A stretch of DNA of 64,000 bases from Squalus acanthias (GCA_030390025.1 CM059432.1:67210001-67274000); one strand, 5' to 3'. Shown: positions 13,969 to 28,249, numbered from the stretch's first letter. The notes: a model not told the origin generated them from the sequence alone. A program made the numbers and translations.

Positions 13969-15102
13969 AATATTAAAGACTGAGCACACCTAATTAAATT
14001 ATGGATAAATTGAAAAGGTCAAAATACTGGAGTTTTTGTTTGGTCACTTAGCAAAGTGCTAATCTTACATCATACATGTTATATTTTCGATCAATTACTT
14101 CCTGGGTATGACAATTCCATGGTCACAGTAACCACTTTGTTCCAAACAGACAGATCACCTCTACCTATACCTATCCTGATACACTTAATAGGTTTCCCAA
14201 GATATTTATCCAATTTTCTAAAAATTGACAGCATTTATTTTTTTGCTGAGAGTCTTTGCAGAAACATTACAGTGGGGCATGGAAAGAGAACACACAAATC
14301 TTCCTAATCCCCAAATCTTGCTGGAAGCTAATTCATTTTATACATATGTTCTCTAGTTCTACAATTCAAGTTAATGTGTTAGCATCTAAGTTACCCTTCC
14401 CTCATCATTTTCTGTTTCTATCTGCCTCTCTCTGGAAAAAAGATAGATAAGTGTAGCAAATCTCTCAAATTTTCAGATCTAAAAATTGCAGAAATCAATC
14501 TTGGCCACTTTACTCTGAATCCTCTCCAATGCACCAAGATCCTCCTAAAGTTAGGCTAGACAAAAATGCACAAGTTTCCAAATGTTGCCTCACTAATTGC
14601 CTATATATAGTTAGCACAGCTTGTTTCAATGTAAGATCAAGATGCCGGTGAATGCAGTTGAGGCAGAAGATCAGCCATGATCTCACTGAATGGCGGAGCA
14701 GGCTTGAAGGGCCGAATGGCCTACTCCTGCTTCTTATGTTCTTATGATATACCTGACTCATCTTACCGATAAGTGTTTTATATTGACTGGACACCTTTAG
14801 TACATAATCATCCCAAACCATTTTCCACATTTGCTAACATAATTCAGGCTTCCTGTAACAATGTTCATAGACTTTAATCTCTATTGAAGTCCATCTGCCA
14901 CTATGTAGTCCATCTACTTAATTGTCCCACATCTCTTTGAAAGCCAATCTCTCATACTCATTCCTGTCACATAGCTTGGGGTCTGCTGTGCACTGCTAAC
15001 CTAGTTTCCAACCTAATTAGCCATTAATTCCATGATCTTTAACCTCTTACAAGTTTTAAATCATGAATCTTTAAATGGCGTATAAATATCTAGGTAGATA
15101 GT

Positions 15103-15833
15103 GGCCCGTATTTTCCGGTCGCAGGCCTCCCGTGGGCGGAGGCCTGTGATCTGGAAAAATCTACGCCCTTACCCGAGGGCTCCCGGGACGCACACGCTTC
15201 CGATCCTGGGCCTCTCCAAACTGCAAGTGCGCAGGGCCCACGTATCCCAGAGGCGCATGTAGTTCGCAGCATCCCTGGGATCACGTGGGCCACGGGGAGC
15301 CAATCAAAGAAGGGAATCTCCCTTCATACACTTGACAGGAAGACCTGTCAAATATATGAATGGAGATCACCCCAAAAACATAGTAAAACTTTAAATAATT
15401 TTTTTTTTAAGTCACATTTTTAAAATGACTTGAAATTACAATAAATTAAGTATTTTAAACAAAAATTTAATTTTTTGAATAAAATTTAAGGTTTTTTTTA
15501 CAGGGCTAAAAATAAACTTAGTTTTTTTGAAGTATTTTTAAATGATAAATCAGTGAAATTTTTTTTTTTTTTTAAACTTTTTTTTCCAACTCTTATCCTG
15601 GTAAAAGCAGGCCTTAAGAATTGTAAGAGTTTTCTGCGGGCAGAGGTTCTCCAAAAAGCGGAACTACCCTCCCGCAGAGGCCCTTCTCCAGGGCAGCCGG
15701 AGGATCTGTCAAGACCATTCTTGACAGATCGGAAATGCCGGTTTTCAGCACATGCCTGAAACCGGCATTTCCGATGTCCCTACGGGTGGGTACACAGCGC
15801 GCACCCACCCGTAGGGATTGGAATATCTGGGCC
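15103..15833. mobile_element. Harbinger-type MITE, hairpin-array family, copy 1 (RB1CC1 intron)
   Basis: Termini GGCCCGTATTTTCC / GGAATATCTGGGCC; flanks AGT/AAT; colinear with 45037-45801 and 58104-58837. Confidence 0.8.
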
Positions 15834-16341
15834 AATACTCACTGAATTTACCAGAGTGCAAAATTGCCCAATAACACTGTCACATTAAGGAATCGGTGAC
15901 CTATGTAGTCAACTAACCCTTTCTAATTCTGCTATATAGAAGGCTTCATTTGGACTCTGCACCTAGTGCTTTAACCAGAGAAAGCAGCTTTGAAATTAAC
16001 AGCATGGACTATATAGTATAGAGTTTATTTGCCAACTGATAAAATCAGGAATGATTAATGCTGCAGTACCAGAGAGCTGATGGTACTATTCCACTGTACA
16101 GTAGAAAAAAAGCCTAAACTCCAATGGCAAATAAAAAAATTGAAATGCACATACATGATGAACAAAAAAAAGTTGTTTTAACAGTGCGTATTCTAATTAT
16201 GAAAGAAATTATTTGTCATTTTCTACCCTTCATCTGTATCTAAATGCAACATTTTTGCCCAATGCAGTGCAGTACCATAGAGCTCTTAATGGAACTTGCT
16301 TAAATCAAGGACTTGTTTGTACAGATTTAATGGTAACTTAC

Positions 16342-16468
16342 CGTCCCAGCACTGTAGCTACAAACACGCCTGTCTGCAACCATGCACTCTCCTCCATTGA
16401 CGACCAACACCTGATGCTGAGTCGCAATCTTATATTTAGCTTGGATGGCATGTTTAAGGTCTGCAACA
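16342..16468 (-). CDS. RB1CC1: RB1CC1 2nd coding exon (127 nt)
   Basis: (T)VADLKHAIQAKYKIATQHQVLVVNGGECMVADRRVCSYSAGT; cttcag| and |gtaagt; phase 2 start joins the 71-nt first coding exon (71+127=198). Confidence 0.95.
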
Positions 16469-17282
16469 CTGAAGTTACATATTTACAACATTTAACTAAA
16501 GAATAAAGTTGAAAATCTCAATTCTTATTAAGCTACCCCATGGGACTTAAATAGTAACTTTAAAAATTCAATTATTAATTGCAAATTATGTAATATATAC
16601 ATCAATTTTAAATATACTTAACATGAGATCAGACAAAAAACTTGTTCATAATTGATTTTTAAAACATTTTTAAGTAGAGACCTAAAAATTTTGTGCAAGG
16701 ATTGCTATATATTTGGCCAATCTGACCAGATAATAGTAACTTCAGCACCACTGCATGGCTGGTAACATGGTGATCGAAAATAAATGTTAAGAGTTCTGCA
16801 ATGTAAAACGCTATGGGTATTCAATGTTCCCTCTTTATCTCTGTCCCTCAAGTACACCACTTAGTTCAAGTACACCACTTAGTTCAACTGCAAAGAAGTT
16901 ACTTAAATATCAGCTGGGGTAGAAGAGAGGGGGAGGCAGGCTAGCAGTCTCGTGTTGAATTTATGACAAATTTAAGTGTGGAGTTTTTGCCAGCATCTAT
17001 AATGGCAGGAACTCCCAAATTAGAAAATTCAGAATATAATCCATCAATAAGTATGATTACCCACTTCCAGTTTATGTCATGATGCACACTGGATTATGGA
17101 TATTATGTCTGTTCCTTGTGCTGTAACAGAGCCAACATGACATTATTCCAAAGTCATACCAGGCCATGATGGAAGCAAAAAAGCCAAAGCTGCTTTAGAA
17201 TTAGTGTTCATAGATTTGAAATTTTGTAACTATAAGTGCAAATGTGTTGGGAAAAGCCCAGATCAAACGTGGCAATTTATAC

Positions 17283-17787
17283 TATAATAAAAACAGAAAA
17301 TGCTGGAAATACTCAGCTGAAACGTAAACTCTGTTTCTCTCTCCACAGATGCTGCCTCACCTGCTGAGTATTTCCAGCATTTTCTGTTTTATTTCAGATT
17401 TCCAGCATCCGCAGTACAGGAAACTCTTTATTAACCGGCACCCAAATATCCGGAAATCTCTCTTAACCGGCAAAATTCTTGAGTAGGTAACCGGGGTTTT
17501 CCTTCATCTCTCGTTTAAAATTAACTTAAAAAAAAACCCCGAGGCGTTTGCTTTGTATCGGAGCGTGTAGATTGGGAGGGGAATGTGCAGCCCGGGTAGG
17601 CAGCGAACACGACAGATGGTCAGCTGGCGGTCCCCGGGGAGACGGAGCTCCGAATGCAGGCGCATATCAATGTGTACGGCGCTCTCGTACGTTGGGAGAT
17701 ATAACTCTCCGTTATCCGGACTTTTTGATTAACCGGCACCACGCCGGTCCCGGTTAATAAAGAGTTTCCTGTATTTTGCTTTGGTAC
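17283..17787. mobile_element. Penelope-type terminal-repeat fragment, partly inverted, interrupted by a MITE
   Basis: AAAACAGAAAATGCTGGAAATACTCAGC plus its inverse; 12-bp direct repeat GGCAATTTATAC at 17271-17282 and 17788-17799. Confidence 0.65.
17417..17771. mobile_element. Tc1/mariner (pogo/Tigger-like) MITE
   Basis: Perfect 22-bp TIR CAGGAAACTCTTTATTAACCGG; TA on both sides; removal restores GCAGTATTTTGC of the host repeat. Confidence 0.9.
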
Positions 17788-18984
17788 GGCAATTTATACG
17801 TTCTGCTGTTAGTGATCTTCCCCAATTCATAGCTGTATTAAAAAAAATCTTAGATCATTTTGTACAATAGCAGCTTGTAGCACAGACTCTGTTTACACAG
17901 AGAAGGAACTAATCGTTCATCTTAACAGCACCAGTGATGGATCTCCTAAGTAAATTTGCAAAATCCACGAGTATTGAAGTGCAGAGCTTGGGCCATCCTG
18001 GCAAAGGTAAAACTTGACCCATTTCCCCCAGATATCTTTGAGATACAAGTGTCAGATGTAGTGTATCCTCATACTCATCTCATGTTTGTGATTCAGATAA
18101 TCTCAAAAGAATAAACTAAATCAGCAACACCCTTCAATCCTCTAATGTCATCATGCACAATAGACTGAACCAAAACTCAGAGTATGCCAGGTGCTGAAAA
18201 ACAGTATTTTTATTTAAATACAAGACTGCTATTCCAACTCTGAAGCTTCAGTGAAAGTATGCTATGCAAAAGTTATCGTCAAGAAAAAAAATGATGACAG
18301 GATGTCCAGAATATGAATCCAAGTTTTGGCATATATTGGAACACAAGCAAAAATAAAGTGCTCCATTGAGATTATCCTAATTTCATAAGCTGGAAATGGC
18401 AATTCAAGACAGAAAGTAGTTTGAGAATTTTTCCTACTGGGACAGGAACAGTAAGGCCATAAAACTAATTGTGGGGGAAAAGGGTAAAGAACTGAGGAAT
18501 GGTCTCTAGACAGGGTTTCTTTGTAGTATAGACATAGGGTAATTTAGAATACAGCTCTCAAAATTGATTTTTCCATGTTGAACTGATCATAAAATATATG
18601 CAGATAGAAGAATGAACCTCCCAAGAACCACTGAATGCAAATCCATAGGTATGTATTTTGGTTCATCGCTGTAGTTGAAGTTTTTTGTTCCTTTTAATGT
18701 TTAGTAAATATGCAAACAATAAAATTCTTTGTAAAAACAAAAAAGCAGCTGCATCAAATTTGGTTATTAAACACCTGTGCCACAAGAGAATGCAAAAACG
18801 CTAGTTATGTTTTTAAAGATGTGTAAATGTACTTATGGAGTAGTGAGTACAAAACATGTACTGCACAGGTCAGAAACAATGCAGACATACATCAATATCA
18901 CAGCAAACATTTTGAACTTATTTTCTGCATTACAAGTCTTTGGGAACTGTAGTTGTTGGTAAAATTCTGAAAGTATGTACTTAC

Positions 18985-19055
18985 GTCTGTACAGCAAGTT
19001 CTGTGTCAAATGTAAGGGTAGTTCCAGTGTTAACCAGAAATACATACAACTTCAT
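18985..19055 (-). CDS. RB1CC1: RB1CC1 1st coding exon (CDS part, 71 nt; the exon with 5'UTR probably starts at 19106)
   Basis: gcaacATG-KLYVFLVNTGTTLTFDTELAVQ(T), the recognised FIP200 N-terminus; donor |gtaagt; acceptor ttgatag| at 19107-19108. Confidence 0.95.
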
Positions 19056-19870
19056 GTTGCTACGACCACTTCCTGCAGCTTTCACTTTACTTTAGTCATT
19101 TATCACCTATCAACAAAATACATATTAAAAAGTATAAATTTATAAATGCATTCAAAAATAATGTACAAGATTACAGCAATGTGCAGATTTGCAAGCAGTA
19201 AGTGATTCAAATCTATAAAAAATAAAACTGTTCAACATGTTGCAAAATCAATAACTGAATACAATAATCTGAGTTTCTTCTGAAGCCGAGCACATACAAT
19301 TGTGCTGACAACTGCCTAATCTTTGGCCCTCCATTCATCAGGATACTCCTGCAGCTGTCAATCTGCTCAACCTCTCCCTCATCTCCACCTTTGATGCCAT
19401 TGTCTTCATTAATTCTCTCCCATTCTGATCACTCGACATCCCCCCAGACACCCCTGGCCTAGCACTGATCCTGCAACTTTCTCTAGTTTCTTTCCTACCT
19501 CTCAGCTTATCTTATCCATGAGACCCATCTCCTGACTACACTTCAAAAGTACTTCATTGGCTGTAAAGTGCTTTGGGACATCCTGAAGTTGTGAAAGGCA
19601 CTATATAAATGCAAGTTCATTCTTTCTTTTGCTCCCTTTCCACCTTGAACGTGCTGCAATTTCCTCCAGTTAAACATTGGGAAGAATAACACCATCATCT
19701 TTGGCCCCTGCCACAAATGCTGTACCCTCGTCATTTATTGCATCCCCCCTCCCCGACCACTGTCTTGCGTTGAACCAGACTGCTTGCAATCTCAGCATCC
19801 TATTTAACCCAGAGCCAGGCTTCCGACCCCATACCCTCTCCATCACAAAGATTGCCTACTTCCACATAAT

Positions 19871-20827
19871 GGGCCGGAATTTGCAGTGGGTAATAAAGAC
19901 GAACTAACAGCGTTCGCCATTATTACCCCTTTGAAACTGACCACAACTTCAGGATGTAGCACATGCGCATCTAAAGGCGGAAATCCTGAAGTTAGGATCA
20001 TAAAATAGTACAGCACAGAAGGAGGCCATTCGGCCCATCAAGTCTGCGCAGACTCTTTCAAAGAGCAATCCAGTTAGTCCCATTCCGCCACCCTTACCCC
20101 ATATCCCCGCAATTTTTTCTCCTTCAAGTATTTATCCAATTCCCTTTAAGGCTACTATTGAATCTATATCCACCACCCTATCAGGCAGTGCATTCCAAAT
20201 CCTAACCACTCTGAGTAAAAATGTTTTTCCTCATGTTGCCTCTGGTTCTTTTGCCAATCACCTTAAATCTGTGCCCGCTCATTATCAACCCTTCAGCCAT
20301 TGGAAACAGTTTCTCTTTATTTACTCTATCTAAATACTTCATGATTTTAAGCACTTCTATCAAATCTCCTCTTAGCCTTCTCTGCTCCAAAGAGAACAAC
20401 CCCAGGTTCTCTAGTCTATCCAAGTAACTGTATTCCCTCATCCCTGGAACCATTCTAGTAAATCTCTTCTGTACCCTGTCCAAAACCTTCATGTCCTTCC
20501 TAAAGTGTAGTGCCCAGAATTGGACACAGTACACCAGCTAGGCCAAACTAATATAACTTCCTGGTTTTCGTACTCTATGCCTCTATTTATAAAGCCCAGG
20601 CTCCCTGGTTCCCTGTCTGAGAATTCTGCAATGTAATTAGCTGCTTAGACAGTTTATTGATGTCAAAGCAGATCGCACTAGTGAATTCCCACTACAGAGC
20701 ACCGAAATCAATTATGCGGCAAAAAAGACAAACTTCTTGTCACAGGAGATTGGGATCTCTCTGGGCAGCTTTCTTCGAGGTCAGCAGCCAACGCCTTTGT
20801 TTCGCCGCTGATCGCACATTCCAGGCC
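19871..20827. mobile_element. Harbinger-type MITE (same family as 7764-8558) containing a CR1 fragment at ~19996-20600 (minus)
   Basis: Termini GGGCCGGAATTTGC / GCACATTCCAGGCC; internal homology to 7764-8558; CR1 ORF 20202-20534. Confidence 0.75.
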
Positions 20828-20904
20828 ATTAAGTAACATTGCCCATCTCCAACCCTGTCTGAGCCCATCTACTGCTCATTCATGCATTTATCACCTCCAG
20901 ACTC

Positions 20905-22130
20905 AAGGAGGGTCAATGAGGGTAGTGCGTTTGATGTAGTCTATATGGATTTTAGCAAAGCTTTTGATAAGGTCCTGCATGGCAGACTGGTCACGAAAGT
21001 AAAAGCCCATGGGAGCCAAGACAAAGTGGCAAGTTGGATCTGAAATTGGCTCAAAGGCAGGAAACAAAGGGTGATGGTCAAAGGGTGTTTTTGTGACTGG
21101 AAGGCTGTTTCCAATGGGGTTCCGCAGGGCTCAGTACTGGGTCCTTTGCTTTTTGTGCTATATATGAATGATTTGAACTTGGATGTAGGAAGTATGATTA
21201 AGAAGTTTGCAGATGATACAAAAATTGGCCGTGTGGTTGATAATGAAGAAGAAAGCTGCAGACGGCAGGAAGATGTCAATGGACTGGTCAGGTGGGCAGA
21301 ACAGTGGCAAATGGAATTCAATCTGGAGAAGTGTGAGGTAATGTATTTGGAGAGGGCCAACAAGGCAAGGGAATATACAATAAATGGTAGGACTCTGAGA
21401 AGTGCAGAGGATCAGAGGGACCTTGGAGTGCATGCCCACAGATCCCTGAAGGTCGCAGGACAGGTAGATAAGGCGGTTAAGAAGGCATACGGTATATTTG
21501 CCTTTATTAGCCGATGCATAGAATATAAGAGCAGGGAGGTTATGCTTGAACTATATAAACCTTGTGTTTTATTAGGCCGCAGATGGAATACTGCGTACAG
21601 TTCTGGTCACCACATTACAGGAAGGATGCGATTGCACTAGAGGGTGCAGAGGAGATTTACAAGGATGTTGCCTGGGCTGGGGAATTTTAGCTATGATGAA
21701 AGATTGGATAGGCTGGGGTTGTTTTCTTTGGAACAGAGAAGGCTGAGGGGAGACCTAATTGAGGTGTATAAAATTATGAGGGGCCCAGATAGAGTGGATA
21801 GGAAGAACCTATTTCCCTTTGCAGAGGGGTCAATAACCAGAGGGCACAGATTTAAAGTAATTGGTAGGAGGTTTAGAGGGGATTTGAGGAGAAGTTTTTT
21901 CACCCCAAGGGTGGTGGTGGTCTGGAACTCACTGCCTGAAAGGGTAGTCGAGGCAGAGACCCTCATCACATTTAAAAAGTACTTGGATGTGCACTTGAAG
22001 TGCCGTAACCTACAAGGATACGGACCAAGTGCTGGAAAGTGGGATTAGGCTGGATAGCTCTGTAAGACCGGCACGGACAAGATGGGCTAAATGGCCTGCG
22101 CTGTAAATTTCTATGATTTTATGATTCTAT
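20905..22130 (+). mobile_element. CR1 LINE 3' fragment
   Basis: ORFs 21071-21640 and 21644-22048 ([26 protein letters not shown]); (TTCTATGA)-like tail. Confidence 0.9.
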
Positions 22131-22699
22131 TCCAATGTTCTCCTGGCCAACCTCCCATCCTCCATAAGCTTCAGCACATACAAAATTCTGCTGCTAATAT
22201 TCTATCCCGCACCCATCAATACTGTCCTTGCTGAGCTCGGTTGGCTCCTTGTCATCCAATACCTCCAATTTAAAATTCTCATTGTTGTGTTCAAATCCCT
22301 TCATGGCCTCACCTCTCCCCGTCTCTAACCTCCTCCAGTTCTAATATCCCCCCATAACTCTGCAGTCCTCTTTTGTGAATCCTCTCTCCCTTCACATCAC
22401 CACAGGCAGCCGTTTAGGCCCAAAGTTCTGAAATTTCCTCCTTAAACCTCGCAGCCTCTCCTCCTTTAAGACCCACCTCTGTGATCAAGCTTTTGGTCAC
22501 CCTTGCCAATATCTCCTTCTTTGGTTTGATGTCCATGTTTGTCTGATTACACCGCTGAAGTGCCTTGCAGCATTTTTAATAGGTGCAATACAAATGCCTG
22601 CTGTTCTTTTCACCTTACACTGCCGGTCTTACCCATAAACACAAGAAAACAAAAAAGACAAAATGCTTCAGCACCAACATGCTTTACATTACATACAAG

Positions 22700-23290
22700 A
22701 GCAAGATCAATCAAGGATGAGTTAAAGGTGAGAAGGCTCTTAAGTTAACCTTACTCTTACAGCCTAACATTCAACTGAGTTTTGAACTCTCAAAGGCCTT
22801 GCCTCTGCTAACTTGTCGGTAGGTTATTCCAAACATTGATCACCCTTTGAGTAAAAAGAGCCTTGCTAATATTGGTTTTAAATGTACTTGGCACTAATTT
22901 AAATTAGTGTTATCTGGTCCTACTAACCTAATATTATTAACAAGTATTCCAGGTTTCGTATCTATACTATTTAATATTTTATATACAAGCCATTATACCT
23001 TTTTTCTCTCTAGGCTATACAACTTGAACTTCTTTATCTTTCCTTGTAGCTCATCCCCTGCACACGTCAATAAATTTGCATTGCTCTTTTCTGCACCCTT
23101 TCCCATGGAATTACATCTGTGGTAACCAAAAGCTGAACAAAGTATTCCAGTTGTGGTCTGAAGAAGACATTGTAATGCCTTAACAATCTCTGTAGACTTG
23201 TACTCTGCCAATCTGGCTATACATCCCAACATTCTACTATTATTAATGTCTTTGCCTCATTGTCTGTTACATCTGGGCTAATTCTGCTAC
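22700..23290 (-). mobile_element. Old CR1 fragment
   Basis: Degenerate LGCIAR..EYKS and LYSLERK motifs. Confidence 0.55.
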
Positions 23291-23596
23291 ATTTAAACTG
23301 GGTCGGAACTTGCTGGAAAAATAACAGCATGTTAACAATGCACGCCGTTATTAATGTGCAAATCGGCCAGTAAGTTCTGGGGATTAAGAGATACACCGTG
23401 AGCTGCGCATATCCAAAACTTGGTTGATTTATGCCATTCCGCTGTTTACATTGCACAAATAGTATCTCGACCTCAGCCTCCCCGTTAAGAACATGCTGGA
23501 TTTGCACATTAATTGCCCATTAAAGTCATCACAGAAAGTAAGGTCTGGTAATTAACAGCGCAAGAACCTTTTTAATGACATGATAATTGTTTATGC

Positions 23597-23849
23597 AGTG
23601 CCATGGGAACACCACCACCTCCAAGTTCCCCTCCAAGTCACACACCATCCTGACTTAGAGGTATATCACCGATCCTTCATCGTCACTGGGTTAAAATCCT
23701 GGAACTCCCTCCCTAACAGTACTGTGGGAGTACCTTCACCACACGGACTGCAGCGGCTCACCACCACCTTCTCAAGGGCAATTAGGGATGGGCAATAAAT
23801 GCTGGTCTTGCCAGCGACGCCCACATCCCATAAACTAATTAAAAAAAAA
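23597..23849 (+). mobile_element. Family A LINE 3' tail
   Basis: CAAGTTCCCCTCCAAGTCACAC...GGGCAATTAGGGATGGGCAATAAATGCTGG...A-run, as in the other family A copies. Confidence 0.9.
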
Positions 23850-23857
23850 CTCTTAAA

Positions 23858-25550
23858 AATCACAGAATGGTTACAGTACAGGAGGCTATTCGGCCTATCA
23901 AGCCGGCTCTCTGCAGAGCACTTCAGCTACTCCCACTCTCCCGCCCTTTCCCCGTAGCCTTGCAATTTTTTTTTCTTCAGGTACTTTCCCAATTCCCTTT
24001 TGAAAGCCACGATAGAGTATGCTTCCACCACCCTTTCAGGCAATGCATTCCAGATCCTAAACAATCGCTGCGTAAAAAGGTTTTTCCTCATGTCGCCTTT
24101 GGTTCTTCTGCCAATCACCTTGAATCTGTGTCCTCTGGTTATCGACCCTTCCGCCAATGGGAACAGTTTCTCTTTATCTACACTGTCCAGACCCCTCATG
24201 ATTTTGAACACCTCTATCAAATCTCCTCTCAATCTTCTCTGCTCCAAGGAGAACAACCCCAGCTTCTCCTGTCTATCCACGTAACTGAAGTCACTCATCC
24301 CTGGAATCATTCTCGTAAATCTTTTCTGCACCCTCTCCAAGGCCTTCACATCCTTCCTAAAGTGCGGTGCCCAGAATTGGACACAATACTCCAGTTGTAG
24401 CCGAACCAGTGTTTTATAAAGGTTCATCATAACTTCGTTGCTTTTGTACTCTATGCCTCTATTTATGAAGCCCAGGATCCCGTATGCTTTTTTAACCGCT
24501 TTCTCAACCTGCCCTGCCACCTTCAACGATTTGTGCACATGTACCCCCAGGTCTCTCTATTCATGCACCCACCTTTGGGATTGCACCCTTTAGTTTATAT
24601 TGCCGCTCCTCGTTCTTCCTACCAAAATGTCTCACTTTGCACTTTTCTGCATTAAATTTCATCTGCCACGTGTCCACCCATTTCACCAGCCTGTCTATGT
24701 CTTCTTGAAGTCTATCACTATCCTCCTCACTGTTCACTATACTTCCAAGTTTTGGGTCATCTGCTAATTTTGAAATGGTGCCCTGTACTCCCAAGTCCAA
24801 GTCATTAATATATATCAAGAAAAGCAGTGGTCCTAGTACCAACCCCTGGCAAACACCACTGTGTACCTTCCTCCAGTCCGAAAAACAACCGTTCACTACT
24901 ACTCTCTTTCCTGTCACTTAGCCAATTTCATATCTATGCTGCCACTGTCCCTTTTATTCCATGGGCTTCAAATTTGCTGGCAAGCCTATTATGTGGCACT
25001 TTATCAAATGCCTTTTGGAAGTCCATATACACCACGTCAACCGCATTGCCCTCATCAACCCTCTCTGTTACCTCATCAAAAAACTGAATCAAGTTAGTTA
25101 AACACGATTTACCTTTAACAAATCCATGCTGGCTTTCCTTAATTAATCCATACTTGTCCAAGTGACTGTTAACTTTGTCCTTGATTATTGTTTCCAAAAG
25201 CTTCCCCACTACTGAGGTTAAACTGACTGGCCTGTAGTTGCTGGGTTTATCCTTGCACCTTTTTTTTGAACAAGGGTGTAACATTTGCAATTCTCCAGTC
25301 CTCTGGCACCACCCCCATATCTAAGGAGGATTGGATGATTATGGAGAGTAGGTCTGCAATTGAATCCCATCCGGTCCTGGTGACTTATCAACTTTAAGTT
25401 CAGATAGCCTGACCATAACCTCCTCTATCAATTTGTATCTCATCCAGTATCTCCACGACCTCCTCTTTCACTATGACTTTGGCAGCATCTTCTTCCTTGG
25501 TGAAGACAGATGCAAATTACTCATTTGGTACCTCAGCCATGCCCTCCACC
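23858..25550 (-). mobile_element. CR1 LINE 3' half (part of a CR1/family A composite; upstream CR1 piece at ~28270-28380)
   Basis: ORFs 23927-24538, 24561-24917 and 24934-25290 carry CR1 RT motifs. Confidence 0.9.
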
Positions 25551-28249
25551 TTTTTTTTTTAATACTCGTTCATGGGATGTGGGCATTGCTGGCAAGGCCA
25601 GCATTTATTGCCCATACCTAGTTGCCCTCGAGAAGGTGGTGGTGAGCCGCCTTCTTGAACCGCTGCAGTCCGCTGTTAGGGAGGGAGTTCCAGGATTTTG
25701 ACCCAGTGACGATGAAGGAACGGCGATATACTTCCAAGTCAGGATGGTGTGCGACTTGGAGGGGAACTTGGAGGTGGTGGTGTTCTCATGCGCCTGCTGC
25801 CCTTGTCCTTCTAGGTGGTAGAGGTCGCGGGTTTGGGAGGTGCTGCCGAAGAAGCCTTGGCGAGTTGCTGCAGTGCATCTTGTGGATGGTACACACTGCA
25901 GCCACGGTACGCCGGCGGTGGAGGGAGTGAATGTTTAAGGTGGTGGATTGGGTGCCAATCAAGCGGGCTGCTTTGTCTTGGATGGTCGAGCTGCACTCAT
26001 CCAGGCAAGTGGAGAGTATTCCCTCACACTCCTGCCTTGTGCCTTGTAGATGGTGGAAAGGCTTTGGGGAGTCAGGAGGTGAGACACTCGCCACAGAATA
26101 CCCAGCCTCTGACCTGCTCTTCTTGCCACAGTATGCGTGTGGCTGGTCCAGTTAAGTTTCTGGTCAATGGTGACCCCCCCCAAGATGTTGATGGTGGGGG
26201 ATTTGGCGATGGTTATGCCATTGAATGTCAAGGGATGGTGGTTAGACTCTTGCTTGTTGGAGATAGTCATTGCCTGGCACTTGTGTGGCGCAAATGTTAC
26301 CTGTCACTTATCAGCCCAAGCCTGAATGTCGGCAGGTCTCAATGAAGCAGTCCATGCTTGCATGCAGCGCCTCATTATCGGAGGAGTTGCGAATGGCACT
26401 GAACACTGCAGTCATCAGCAAACATCCCCACTTCTGACCTTATGATGGAGGGAAGGTCCTTGATGAAGCAGCTGAAGATGGTTGGGCCTGGGACACTGCC
26501 CTTAGGAACTCCTGCAGCGATGTCCTGGGGCTGTGATGATTGACCTCCAACCACCACAACCATCTTCCTTTGTGCTAGGTATGACTCCGGCCAGTGGAGT
26601 GTTCCCCCCCACCCCCCGATTCCCATTGACTTCAGTTTTACTAGGGCTCCTTGATGTCACACTCGGTCAAATGCTGCCTTGGTGTCAAGGGCAGTCACTC
26701 TCACCTCACCTCTGGAATTCAGCTCCTTTGTCCATGTTTGGGCCAAGGCTGTAATGAGGTCGGGAGCCGAATGGTCTTGGCGGAACCCAAACTGGGCATC
26801 AGTGAGCAGGTTATTGTGAGTAAGTGCCGCTTGATAGCACTGTTGATGACACCTTCCCTCACTTTGCTGATGATTGAGAGTAGACTGATGGGGCAGTAAC
26901 TGGCCAGATTGGATTTGTCCTGCTTTTTGTGGACAGAACATACCTGGGCAGTTTTTCCACTTTGTCAGATAGATGCCAGTGTTATAGCTATACTGAAACA
27001 GCTTGGCTAGAGGTGCGGCTAGTTCTGGAGCACAAGTCTTCAGCACGACAGCCGGGATGTTGTCAGGGCCCACAGCCTTTGCTGTATCCAGTGCGCTCAG
27101 CCATTTATTGATATCACGTGGAGTGAATCAAATTGGCTGAAGACTGGCTTCTGTGGTGGTGGGGACCTCAGGAGGAGGCCGATATGGATCATCCACTCGG
27201 CATTTCTGGCTGAAGATGCTTGCAAACGCATCAGCTTTGTCTTTTGCACTCACGTGCTGAGCACCATCATGGAGGATGGGGATATTCAAGAAGCCTCCTG
27301 TTAGTTGTTTAATGGTCCACCACCATTCACGACTGAATGTTGCAGGACTGCAGAGCTTTGATCTGATCCGCTGACTGTGGGACCGCTTAGCTCTGTCTAT
27401 AGCATGCTGCTTCCGCTTTTAAGCATGCCTGTAGTCCTATGTTGCAGCTTCCCCAGGTTGGCACCGCATTTTTAGCTACGCCTGGTGCTGCTCCTGGCAT
27501 GCTCTTCTACACTCCTTATTGAACCAGGGTTGGTCCCCTGGCTTGATGGCAATGGTAGAGTGAGGGATATGCCGGGCCATGAGGTTACAGATTGTGGTGG
27601 AATACAATTCTGCTGCTGCACCTCATGGACTCCCAGTTTTAAGCTGCTAGATCTGTTATGAATCTATCCCATTTAGCATGGTGGTAAGTGCCACACAACA
27701 CGATGGAGAGCGTCCTCAGTGTGAAAACGGGACTGCGCCTCCACAATGACTGTGCGGTAGTCACTGCTACCAATGCTGCCATGGACAGATGCATCTGCGA
27801 CAGGTAGATTGGTGAGGACGAGGTCAAGTAGGTTTTTCCCCTCGTGTTGGTTCTCTCACCACCTTTCGCAAGCCCAGACTGGCAGCTATGTACTTCAGGA
27901 CTTGGCCAGCTCAGTCAGTAGTGGTGCTACCGATCCACTCTTGGTGATGAACATTGAAGTCCCCCATCCAGAGTACATTCTGAGCCCTTGCTACTCTCAG
28001 TGCTTCTTCCAAGTGGCGTTCAACATAGAGGAGTACTGATTTATCAGCTGAGGGAGGGCAGTAGGTGGTATCAGCAGGCGGTTTCCTTGCCCATGCTTGA
28101 CCTGAAGCTATTAGACTTCATGGGGTCCAGAGTCAATGTTGAGGACTCCCAGGGCCACTCCTTCCTGACTGTATACCACTGTGCTGCCACCCCTGGAGGG
28201 TCTGTCCTGCCGGTGGGACAGGACATACCCAGGGATGGTGATGGAGGAG
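25551..28249 (-). mobile_element. Family A LINE, 5'-truncated within the endonuclease region
   Basis: RT and APE fragments (LDLVLTNLP, GPDNIP, GVPKGS, MFADD); T10 at 25551-25560 is the poly(A) tail. Confidence 0.9.

Larger units (their letters stand above)
19300..22600 (+). mobile_element. Decayed L2-like LINE split by SINE tail, MITE and CR1 insertions
   Basis: L2-type segments (CTCTCCATCACAAAGATTGCCTACTTCCAC; ACCTCCAGACTC..TATTCCAATG; GCAGCCGTTTAGGCCC) resume across the insertions. Confidence 0.6.
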
